Assembly (NCBI GenBank): GCA_030770535.1
Contig: JASVEC010000014.1
Coordinates: 186,001-250,000, forward strand
DNA length: 64,000 bases
Source: Batkoa obscura
Taxonomy: Eukaryota
Reading direction: 5' to 3'
Shown: positions 12,835 to 25,100 of the stretch, in pieces
Numbering within the stretch: the stretch's first letter is position 1
Layout: each line of letters starts with the position of its first letter
The notes under the pieces: model-generated
Seen by the model: the letters and a program-made list of their open reading frames with translations, nothing else
Told to the model about the DNA's origin: nothing
Databases searched by the model: none
Translations under genes and position numbers: made by a program

Positions 12835-14120
12835 AATGGTATTAATAGATGGTCATAATGTAAAAAACCAATGAAGCTATACCACTGTATGTAGTTGAAC
12901 AACGTTGGAAATAGATCGATTAAAAGCAAAATAATACTTTCTTGAATGACCAGTTTATCAGCTAGTGGAGGGTCTTGGTAATGAAAATGGAATAATTCCA
13001 TTTTTAATATTATCAAAATATGCAGATAATATTTTTAAAGGTGGCATTGTATACTTGTATGGCTATTCATAACACTAAAGGTATTAAGAATGAAGTAGAA
13101 AGATATCAAAAGTTTATAGAATTTCTGTTAAAGAGAACGACTTACTCAATCTCTGGTCAAAATTTCTTTTTAGTTCAACTGTTCTGTACTATTTATGCTA
13201 AAGACGTAAAGTACAAGGGTTTTATTCAAAAATTTGGCATTTTTTCTGGATATATAGCTGAAGAAGTTACACAACGTAAGCTAGTTAAAATGAGGTTTAG
13301 AGGTTTAAATTTAGATGATCATGTGAGATATTTTCAGTTGATAAAGCAAAAGCCCCCAAAGATTTGCTAAGTAAATGGAAAGAAGGATCTAGGAATAAGA
13401 TTGAAGAAACAGAGAAAGAAGATACAACTAAATATAAAGAATTATCTATAGAAGAATTTGAAAGAATGAAAAGTGAGAAAGTGAAAAGAAAGATATTAAA
13501 CTTCAAAACAATATCAATGATAATGGTTTGGATGATTATTTGACTTATGAATATGCTACAAATAATATTAAACTTAGCGATAACAGGATAAAAAAGAGGG
13601 CACAAAGAACAGTAAATCTTGTACTGAACAAGTTGAAGCAATTGGGAGTAGATCCAAAAGTTATTGGTAGTGATAAGTTAATAAAAGAGACAAGAAGTAT
13701 TAGTAATAATAATACTATCAATACTAATAATCTTATGAAAAAACAAGGTTTGGACAAAAGTATATTTTTTAGGATCGAAATTATTTAAATAAAATAGATG
13801 AAACGAGAAGGCAGTTAATAGATAATAGCGTATATATTCATTATCCTACTGATAATATCAAGGATGTTAAATTATACATTGGAATCAACTGAACCAAAAA
13901 TCAAAGAATATGCTACTAAGTATAGTTCATATTATAAAGAACTATATGATTTGAGGTTACTCATTTCAATATACTTTTCCTAAACACACAAGACTTATCT
14001 GAAGCAGCAGGCATATTAAAATATAAAGTCAAGTCTCATTTTACAAAAATAATTCATTAAATTACAGTACTACAAAAAAAACACCGAAAGTAAATTTACT
14101 GACCATGAATGAAATAATAG

Positions 14121-14227
14121 ATATGTGGATGATTTTTTTGGTTTCATTACTTTTTCCACTTTTTAAGCGCTAGTTAAGCGGAAAAATTATTAGTAAAATT
14201 TTTAAACACAAAAATACATTCCCATAT
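14121..14227 (-). mobile_element. 99-bp MITE inserted in VWA pseudogene, ATAT TSD
   Basis: Element 14125-14223. Removing it and one ATAT gives GATATATAGTTAGCT, colinear with parent GATATTCAATTAGCT. Confidence 0.95.
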
Positions 14228-14379
14228 ATAGTTAGCTAAACTTGAAATCCTAATTACTGGGGAATACAAAGGAGCTGAATTATTTCGAGATAATGTAAGT
14301 GGATGATATTGATTCTGGATTCAGAATTATTACTTAAATTTGATTACCTGAGGATCGAAAATTGTATCAGTTTTGTAAG

Positions 14380-14486
14380 GTATGGGGATGTTTTTTTTAG
14401 CTTCAGCATTTTTTCCATCTTTTAAGCACTATTTGAATGGAAAAATTGTTAGTAAAATTCTTGAATACAAAAATACATTCCCGTAT
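14380..14486 (-). mobile_element. 99-bp MITE inserted in VWA pseudogene, GTAT TSD
   Basis: GTAT + 14384-14482 + GTAT. Removal gives AAG GTA TAT CAA AAT GTT versus parent AAG GTG TAT CAA ACT ATT. Confidence 0.95.
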
Positions 14487-14816
14487 ATCAAAATGTTAAA
14501 GGTAGTATAAAAAGAAGTTTCGAATAAGTTTAAGAGGATTTTTATTGGCAGAATATTTAAAAAGGAGAGCTAAAAAATACAACTTAACTTAATAAAGTAT
14601 TTATTATTTACAACTTATTAGTATTTATATATTTAATATTTATTCTATTCGATTATTTAAAACTAAACATAAATCAATCCATAGATTTTTTTAAACTACC
14701 TTAGATAATTTAATTAAACGTTAGTTCATCATTTCAATCTTATAAAATATTTTTATTGAAGATAAATTTCTATCAAGACATTAAATACTCTCATTAACCT
14801 AAAATAAAACCTATTT

Positions 14817-17135
14817 TTAATCTGAATCTTCTTCCTCTGCTTCATTTAACCAATCAATTAATGGTTTAGCCTATAATTGATCATTAAATTATTAATTGAG
14901 TTAATTAAATAAAACTTACAGCAGCTCTTAACTCTTTGTATTCTTTCATTCTTTCACTGAGTCGATCTGGATCATCACCTTCATACCATTCAATCAACGC
15001 TTCTTCAGTAACTACATCCAAATCATACCAATTCTTTAAACTTAAAGCAAACATTTTACTTTTATTGTTGTTACTATGATCACTACAAGCCAACTAAAAA
15101 CATTATTAATTTAAATGAAAAAAGGTTAATTTAAACTTACCATTAAAATATCAATTGCATCTATCATGTCATATTCTGATATCGTAAACTTAGAAATAAG
15201 TGGTGCCCATTTACTAAATATGCTTTTTAATCCACCAGCTAAAGTACGAGCAGGGTCCAAATGTTCTAATAATTGAGGTATTAAACATTCCCTAACTTGA
15301 ATAAATTGAGCATTATAAGACATTCTTAAAGCAGTTAATTCTAATGCAGCATTGTCTAAAGTGAGACCTTCTTTTAATGCTCTTTCAACTGTAGATTTAG
15401 CTTCTCTCTCAAACTCCATATCTCTCTTTTCTTCTTCATTTAGACCGTCATCAGATCCATCATCAGATTCATTGTCTTCATTTTCATTCTCTGTTAATTG
15501 ATCTTCAACTTTAGGTAATGCTGGAAGATCTTTTAATTCAACACCAAGCTGTGTTAAGTCAAAATTACTACGTACATAGCTTGGATTTTCTTCATCTTCA
15601 TCTTCATCATCAGAGAATATATCAACATATTTGTAAGCCAATTGACCATAAGTAATACCCTCTTCGTTTTCATTAGATTCTTCGTCGTCACTATCAAATT
15701 CACTCATAATCTTACTACTACTTACTTTTGTCTTTTCTGGTAATGTGATATTTGGTCCAATAACACAATTAGGAGCAATGATACATCCTTTACTAACTTT
15801 ACTTCCTTTTAAAACTTTAACTCCTTTACCAATAATAGCATTATTTATAACACAATTGTCTTCAACAATTACATCGTCAAATAAATATGCTCCATTTAAT
15901 TCTACGTTATTATCAATACTACAATTTCTTCCAATCACTGAATCTCTAACCTTTGTTTCAGATCCAATCGAACTACCCTCTCCAATAACTGTTCTACGTT
16001 CAACTTGACAGCTATTAGCTAATACAACATCTCTCTCTTTATATACTTGTTGTCTACCATAATTGTAAGTTGTATCGGTAAGGTTAGCATCGGGTACTAA
16101 TGGATAAGTCCATCTTTTAATTACATCTTTTGAAATAGTATCATACATCTTTGTTCCTGATACTTTTGATGCGTATGCGTCTTCAACTACATGACAATAG
16201 ATCGATTTACCTAATAAATCAGAAGTGAGGATACCATGTACAAAATCCTTACGTAAATCTTGATAATCAAAATTTTCAGTAAATAAAGCAGGTACTTCTT
16301 CAGAACAGATATCTACATAACAATCCACTAAATCCTTTCTCAACTCAAATTCATTGTTTTTCACTTTACTAAGAATCTCGGGATTGATGGATACACTCTT
16401 TGCTGATGGATAAGCGTCTTGAGTTTCAAAATAATAGCATTCTTTGCTATTACTATCTAACATGTAAATTGGGTTGATTTCTGGATACCTTGCTGGATGG
16501 TCTAACGAGGCTTCTTTGACCAACATGGTCATTATAATGTCTTTATTTTTAAGACGGCGAGCTCTATGATAATTAATTAATTAATCAGAAAACTGAATTC
16601 AATAGAAAATAATAAAATTTACTTGTGTGCGTTAACTGCCTCTTGTAATTTCATATTAGAAACAATATCACCAGACAATAAAATGAAATCGGAACGAATG
16701 ATGGACTTGGAATCAATATCTCTCAAAGCATCACCTACTGATAATAATTGTTGAGTAACAATTACAGTGACTTTAGCGTTTGATGACTTGCCCCATTTAG
16801 AGTTTCTAGAATTCATTGTTTAATTAGCAATATAAAAATAATAATCCTTTCTTTTTTTCTTACCTTATATACTCTTTAATTTTATCGGAATGAGCACAAC
16901 ATAAGATATAGATATCTTTTACATTGGATAAAACCAACATTTCTAAAGTATATTCTATTAATGGAATGTTACATAAAGGTAATAAACATCTTGGTGTATC
17001 AAAAGTTAATGGTTTAAATCGAGAATCAAAACTATCAGCAAGAACGACGGCTTGTAACACGTCTTCTTCTTGGTTTAAGCTACTTTTATCTTTACTATCT
17101 TTACGTCCTCCTTTATTACTACTTTTGGTCGCCAT
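14817..17135 (-). CDS. GCD6: Translation initiation factor eIF2B epsilon subunit (multi-exon)
   Basis: LQAVVLADSFDSRFKPLT..PRCLLPL, SVGDALRDID, LFTENFDYQ, hexapeptide left-handed beta-helix repeats, acidic linker, and W2 domain ending AKPLIDWLNEAEEEDSD*. Confidence 0.96.
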
Positions 17136-17793
17136 CCTTGGTTACGTTGTATTTTAAAAAGTGGAAAGTTACTAATTTTTTTAAAATGAAGTTGCCTTTG
17201 AAAGGAATTTTGAAATGAGTTTGGCTATTGGTTAATTTTTCATTGTGATGAGATTCGAGGTTGATTCATTTGGAATTTATAAAATTAAATTCTAAAAATT
17301 ATTAAAACTGATGTTTTATAGTTACTTAGTTATTCATATTAAAATGTTTAATTTTGTTATTTTGAAATTAAATAATAGATATGTTTTGAATACTTTGATG
17401 TGTGAAAATGTTTGTATAGTTGTTACATGATGTAATTTTTCTAAATATCCGATCTATTTTAACAATGAGTAATTTGATTTAATAAATTTATGTATATTAT
17501 ATAGTATAGTTTTACTTAATATTAGCTCTATTACTATAAATGAAATAAAAATTAATATCTAAAAAGCTTTTTATCTATATATGATTAATTTTCATAAACT
17601 TTCTTACAGTATTGAAAAATTTAAAAAAGACGTTTACAAATACTTCAAAAAACTTCGTTTACATTAAAAATTATCGATTTGATGATATTGTTTGATGTTA
17701 ATATATGTGTCAATATAACAGAAAACAATATCACAAACTTAAAACAACTAAATAACTAGTTATATATAATTTTATTAAAAATAAAAAATTAAA

Positions 17794-20632
17794 CTATAAA
17801 GTAAACTCAATTCGAAAAGCAGAGTATGAATTTCTTCTCATTAGCTTTGGATAACTTACCTTGATACTAGGTAATGATTTCATCTTTCTTAATTTGTTAG
17901 AAGGTTGACGAATAACTTTTGTAGTATTAAATTGTTTCTTTATAAAATTGTCATCATCCTTTTTATTGTTGATACTTTCCATATCTAATTTTACTTTCAA
18001 GTTGCATAGAGTTATTAAACTAATCTCATTATCTTCTTCTTCATTCGTCTTTTCTACATTTAATGTTAAATTATTATCATCTATAGCCAGCTTAAGGTGA
18101 TGAATAATTAATTTAATATGGTTATATCTTTGAATATTATAACCACGACTTAAAATATCATGATTAATATTAAAACATTCAATTGCTTTTAAATAATTAT
18201 AATTTTTAATATAATATAATATTAATACATCTTTTAATATTGGTTTATTTCCTTCATTTAAAAATTGTATTAATAACTCCTTTTCATGACTTTTTAACTG
18301 TAATTTTAATAACGAATTGATATTACTTAATTGATTATTATCTATAAAATTTATTACTACTTATTATAACATATAATATGAACTAAAGTTTACCTATTAA
18401 AATAAATTTTAATAACAACAAAAATAACTCGTTCCTAACTTTAATATCGAAGTTTTGTTGATTCTAAAATAATAAACATATTAATATATCACTTTAAATA
18501 ATAATGAAATATAGAATTACTATAAATAAATAAGCATAAACGATATTTAGATTCAATAATGAAAAGAATGCCAACTTTTTGAACTTGAAATTTTTTACTT
18601 TTAACATTGAGAATATTTTAAAATATTTTGAATACATTTGATAATTAAATAAATTTAATAATATTTTCTTAATATCATCTTGTTGAAATTTATAAAATTG
18701 AAATAATTTTAAGCCATCTTTAGGTAGTCCATGATCAAAATTCCAATAAACTTCCAACTGTTTAATATTTTCTTTTGGTATTTTTAGTTCATTTAAATAA
18801 TTTAAAAATCGATTTGGATCAAATATATAATCTTTTCCAATATAATAATATATAAAATATTTTAATTCTTTATCACAATTACATTCTATCGTTTCCTTCA
18901 TTATATATCTTAATTTTTCACTCGTTAATGGTGGATAAATAGGTTCCATATTATTATTATTGTTATTGATAACTTTCTTTAATACTCTATCAATAAATAA
19001 CTCACCATCATTAATCTCTCGATGTTTTTTAATCCTACTACATTCTTGTGTAGTATAGGGTGATAGCCTTACATCTGTAATAAACCAATGGTTATAATCA
19101 ATAGTAAATAAAGCCTCCTTTATTGGTTCTTTATACTCTTCTTCTATTTCAAATAAATTGATTAACTTTTCAATTCTATCCGAATATAACAATATTATAC
19201 TATTATTATTATCTTCTTTATGTATATCCTAAAATAAATAAATAAATATGCAAATACATTAATATGTAAACTTACTAAAGGTGGCTCTGGTGACAATTGA
19301 GAATAACTATTTGTTAATTTAGTTTGATTTATTAAGTTGAAATGTTGATCAAAATAATTTATCAATAATTTAAGTTGACATTCTTCTTTATCATAATAAA
19401 TTTGTATTAATTGATTGTAATTTATGTCTTCATCATCTTCATTATTTACTTTGCTATTATTACAAACTAATATATCGCTATCATTTATATTATTGTTACT
19501 ATTACATAAGTAAAGAAACTGTGATTCTTTTTTAATAACCTTAAAAATTAATTTGTCTACATTTAATTGTTTGTACTCCCCTGTAAGTAAATTAATCTGT
19601 ATAAATAATACTTCTGGTAACTTGTGATCCTTAAGTGGGATTAATTCTTCTATACCAAACAATAATATAATTAATCCATGATCATTATGAACATTTTTTG
19701 TCAAGCTAGAATGTAGAATTAATTTTAAAAAATATAGTTGATTTAAATTATTGTTTTGTTGAAATAAGAAAGAGTTAATAGATAGCTTTAAAATTTGATG
19801 AAAAGTATGTAATAAATAAGAATTTGAAAAAGAATAACAAAATAAATTAATAAATCCACATTGCAACCCAATAGCTATTAAACATTTCTCATTATTAACC
19901 TTTAAAATATCAATTTCCCTAATATCGTTTGCTTTTCCAATTTTCAATTCGGTTATATTCTCTATTTTCAATGGCATTTTATTAACATTCCTCAAATTTT
20001 CTTTATAAATTGTAAATACTACTACTTTATTATCTTCTAACTTGATTAATAATAAATAATGTTGTTTATCTAAATTATTATTTCTACTTTCTTCACTATC
20101 AATTGTATAATCTTCACTGTTATTTACACTATATTCACTACTATTGAAGTTAAATTCTTCATTGTTATATACATTCTCGTTATCACCCCAAGTTACTATT
20201 GGCTCAAGTAAATTTGACAAATACATTTTTTTGATATTAGATTGAAATGTAAATTCATATGGTACTAATTTCATATTCCTAAAATTAAGTATAAATAGTT
20301 GAGAATATTCAAATTCAAAACCGTTAATTGCTAAAAGTAAATGATATGCTTGATTAAATACTATGGGTATTATATCTATTATTTCTAACTATAAAAATAT
20401 AAAAAATTGTTTTAAATATAAAGAACTAAATAGTAGTATATAAAATTACCCTTTCACTATTTTTAAATAGGTTTTCCAACTTGATCACTTTTATACATGT
20501 TTTATAAGAATAAATTTCTAGCTTGTAACTATCATAAATATAATACAAATAAGAATTGATAATTTTCCCTTTTATTTGATTATCATAACTCGTTGGAAAA
20601 GGTTGTTTAAAATTATTGGTAATTAATTTCAT
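17794..20632 (-). CDS. Probable ELYS/Mel-28-like nucleoporin assembly factor (divergent, multi-exon)
   Basis: Spliceable ORFs 20426-20632, 19195-20274, 18494-19192 and 17794-18000. The N-terminus looks like a beta-propeller, and FIYYYIGKDY...LKIPKENIKQLEVYWNFDHG resembles the ELYS domain (W-x-x-D-H). Confidence 0.5.
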
Positions 20633-22127
20633 GTTATATATATTTATTTCATGTACAAACTCAATATAAAAATCAAAGCTACAAAAAATATCTTCGAAGT
20701 TAAGATTTAAATTTTTTGTTCCCCCTTATTATAATTTTAACTGGATTTACATCACTATTTATTTAGAACTTTTCTTTTCACTTCTTTAAGCTTCAACAAT
20801 AAAAATGGTCAATTCTTTGTCTCATTTTTTCAAAAAGTATAAATGCTTCCAATCAATAGAGTTTCTTTGTTTACATTGCAAAGCTTGATTTGACAAACTT
20901 TGGTCTTTTGGATCACTTACAATAACATTCTCAATAACTTAACCTTATTTGAGTGAAATTCCAAAGTTGTTAATTTCGAAAGTATCGTTTATAACACTAT
21001 TGCCCTAGTAGTTGATGTTTTACTTCAGAGCTAATTGTTCTGATATTTGATATCTTATTACAGAGTTTATTGTAGTTTACTTAGTGGTTTCTATCATTAA
21101 TGATATTTAACAAAAGGATCAGTTATTATCACATATTAAAGCAAAGCACATAAAACAATAAAAAAGGCAATTTAATATCATGAGCTATTATAGCTTAGTT
21201 TCAATGTCTATTTTTACCATTTTATATTATTAATTTCAAAAGACTCATATTTGAAACTTTTATCACTATAAATGAACAATAAGTGTTATCTATTTATAGC
21301 TTGAACACTTTTACTAGTTTTTAAATTATTAAAAATCAATCAAATCAATAATTTTCATATTTTATAAATTAATTAAATTAACTTGAGGAAAATATATGAT
21401 TATAATGTCATCAAATAATTGATAATTAGTTCTTGATTAGAAATAACATCAAAGGATAAAGTTAATATTAAAATGGAACTTTGTATCAATAAAATCAGTA
21501 ATTAAAAATAAAATATTAGATTTATAGCAATAATAATATAATATTTTCTATATGATTTCTACTTCTCCACAACTTTTAGCCCAAAGCATTCTATTCCTAA
21601 AAATAGGGTTAAAATAATACTAAATAAAGCTTCAACAACAATAGCACCAAGTTTATTCTCTCCTCCATTTATAAATGAGTTAAGGAATAATAAAGAATCT
21701 TCCATTCTACTTCTATTCAACTCGGGTTGATATATCTTTTTAAATAAAGCCGATAAATAATATAGATTTTTCACTACTAACGGCTTAACTAACGCATTAT
21801 TAAATTACTTTTAATAACCTTTCAACTTATCAGATTTATTAATAGAATTAATTTTAACAACCATTAAAGAAGCCACAAATAAATTCAAGTAAATTTCAAC
21901 CTTAACCAATCATTAAAGTTAATAAATTAGCCTAATAAAACCAGCAACTGCTTTTATCTTTTACTTATTTTTTTATAATTGCAATTTTAAAAACACAAAA
22001 GCTGGCTTTTAAAGTATATTTTATTATCAATTATTTTAATATTAAAATACAACAAATTCCATCAGATAAATATTAACATTAATCTTATTTCTCAATCTTT
22101 ACCTTGAAATATTGAAACTAAATAAAA

Positions 22128-25100
22128 ATGTTAACAAATAATCCCAAAACCGGTTCCACCATTTTAAACGTGGATGGCATGACTTGCCAGTCTTGCGTTA
22201 AGTCAATTTCAACCTCTTTATTACCTATAACTGGTCTAAATGACTTTGAAGTGTCCTTAGAATTAAACCAAGTGAGTGTCCAATTTGAACCCCCATGTAC
22301 TTTAGAAACCATTAAGCAAACTATTGAGGACTGTGGTTTTGAAGTAGTATCCTCTAGCGCTGAAGCTTCCAAAAAAAATGTTGTTATCATTTCAATCGAT
22401 GGTATGACCTGTCACTCCTGTGTTAGCTCTATAAATTCGGCTTTAAAAGAGGTCCAAAGTTTGGTCAAAGCGGACGTTTCTTTAGAGTTAAATCAAGCCG
22501 AGATTACATTTGAAGAACCATGTACTGTTGAGTTACTTATCCAAACCATTGAAGACTGTGGATTTGGCGCTTCTAAATCAAATAACAATGTAGATGAGAC
22601 AACTCAATTCCAGTTTAATGTGGAAGGTATGACCTGTCAATCATGTGTTAAGTCTATTAAAGCAGTACTTGAACCAATGGAAGGTATGGTTAAAGTTGAA
22701 GTTTCACTTGAACAAAATAAAGTAGAAGGTAGTTTCAAAACACCTTGTAAGTTAGAAAACATTATAACATCGATTGAAGATTGTGGGTTTGATGTTATTT
22801 TAGATAAAACAACACTCTCTGTTGAAATAATAGAAATTTTAGTCAAAGGCATGACTTGTCAATCTTGTGTTAAATCCATAGAAGCATCAATTAGTAATCT
22901 AGAAGGTATAAAAACAATTAAAGTGGATTTGAGTACTGAGTTAGCTACTGTAGAGTTTGATAGTTCTAAAATTAGTAAAAAACAAATAATGGATGGTATT
23001 GAAGATTGTGGATTTGATGCTTTTGAAAATAAGGGGTTAGCTCCAAGTGATAAAAGTACAAAAGACATGATTAACTCTGAGAAAGCTTCACCTTCCATGT
23101 CTTCTGCTTCCACCCTATTGCCAAATAGTAGATCTAAATTTGATATAAGTAATATAAAGATTGAAGGTATGACATGTAGTTCTTGTACTTCTAGTATTGA
23201 AAAGGCATTAAAAGCATGTCCTGGGGTTATTTCTTGTACTGTGGCTTTGATGGCTCAACGCGGCGATGTTGAATATGATCCTAAAACGATGACTGAAGCT
23301 GAAATAGTATCCATTATCAATGGCCTCGGATTTACGGCAGAAGCCATTAAAAGATCAATTAAAGGTAGTATCAATTTAAGTGTTTATGGGATGACATGTT
23401 CATCATGTACTAGTTTAATTGAAAGGGAAGTAATCAAAAAAGTAGGGATATTAGATATTAAAGTTAATTTGTCAATGGAATCAGCCTCTGTTCAATTTGA
23501 TTCGACATTAACTGGACCTAGAGAAATTATTGAACATATAAAATCATTAGGGTTTGATGCTATATTAGAAACCAAAACCTCTACAGCGCAAATTGAATCT
23601 TTGAATAAAACAAAAGAAATTTTAATGTGGCGTAAGCATCTAAATTGGTGTCTTTTATTAGCTACTCCAGTATTTTTAATTTCTAAAGTATTTTCTCATA
23701 TCCCCCCACTTAAAGCCCTCTTGGATACAAAGTTATTACTTGGCAATTTTACAGTGGGTATTTTTTTACAACTAGTACTTACTATCCCTATTCAATTTGG
23801 CGTGGGTAGAATGTTTTATATTAATTCTTATAAAGCTTTAAAACATGGTAATACCACTATGGATGTATTGATAGCTATTGGTACTTCAGCTGCTTTCTTT
23901 TTTTCAATATTATCAATTATTGTTGATATGTGTACATCCAATGATGGCTCTCCTACCCCACCAACTTGTTTTTTTGAAACCTCCGCTACTTTGATTACCT
24001 TTGTTACTTTAGGAAGGTATTTAGAAAATAGAGCCAAGGCAAAAACATCCACTGCTTTATCAAAATTATTATCATTAACCCCATCCACATGTACTCTAGT
24101 TAAACTTGATCCACCTTCAGAGCAAAAAATACCCTGTGAACTTATACAAAGTGGTGATTTATTAAAGATTTTTCCTGGTGATAAAATACCTGCTGATGGT
24201 GAAGTAGTTAGTGGTACTTCGGATGTAGATGAATCCATGGTTACTGGCGAACCTCTAGCAGTTACTAAAAAGGAAGGTTCTCAAGTAATGGGAGGTACAG
24301 TGAATGGATTAGGCTCTTTTATTATGAAAGCAGGACGTGTAGGGGATGAAACTACTTTATCACAAATTATTAAATTGGTTGAAAATGCTCAAGTAAGCCG
24401 TGCCCCAATTCAAGAATTTTCAGATCAAGTGTCACGTTATTTTGTACCAGTGGTAGTGATCTTAGGTATTGTTACCTTCATTGGCTGGTTTATTATACTT
24501 TCTTTATATCCAGAGGATTTCCCACAATTAAATTTAGAAATCCATGGGATAGTAATGACATCATTGACTTTTGCTATCTCTGTTATTGTCGTTTCTTGTC
24601 CTTGTGCATTGGGTTTAGCTACTCCTACTGCCGTTATGGCAGGTACTGGTATTGGTGCTCAATTAGGTGTATTAATTAAAGGTGGCGATCCATTAGAAGC
24701 AGCTAAAGGCTTAAATAAAGTTATCTTTGATAAAACAGGTACCTTAACTACAGGTAAATTATCGGTAGTACGCTCAGAATGCATATTAAAGGAGAGTATG
24801 ATTACTAAAGAAGATTTTTCTTTGTTGGTTGCAGCTGCTGAAGAAGGTAGTGAACATCCGCTTGGGCGGGCTATTGTTACTAATTATAGGGAGGTATTAT
24901 GTTTACCTACTCATGATACTAAAGTCAATAATTTTACCTCAGTTACTGGGCAAGGGATTAAAGCCCAAGTACAATTAAGAGAAAAATTAAGTTATGATAT
25001 TGTAGTTGGTAATTCTAAATTACTACTAGCAGAAGGATATATTATACCAAGTGATTTTAATGAAGAAAAAGAGAGTGAAGAACGTTTAGGCCATACTGTT

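Larger units (their letters stand above)
11262..14592 (+). pseudogene. Decayed tandem duplicate of the VWA protein gene
   Basis: Colinear with 5624-8881 from the ATG to the 3' end (fragments KKSISILFFSNGGDN, KMTKIGESIGSFQCVKQASDI, VALYTCMAIHN, EEVTQRKLVKM), with many stops and frameshifts, a hexamer expansion and two MITE insertions. Confidence 0.92.
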
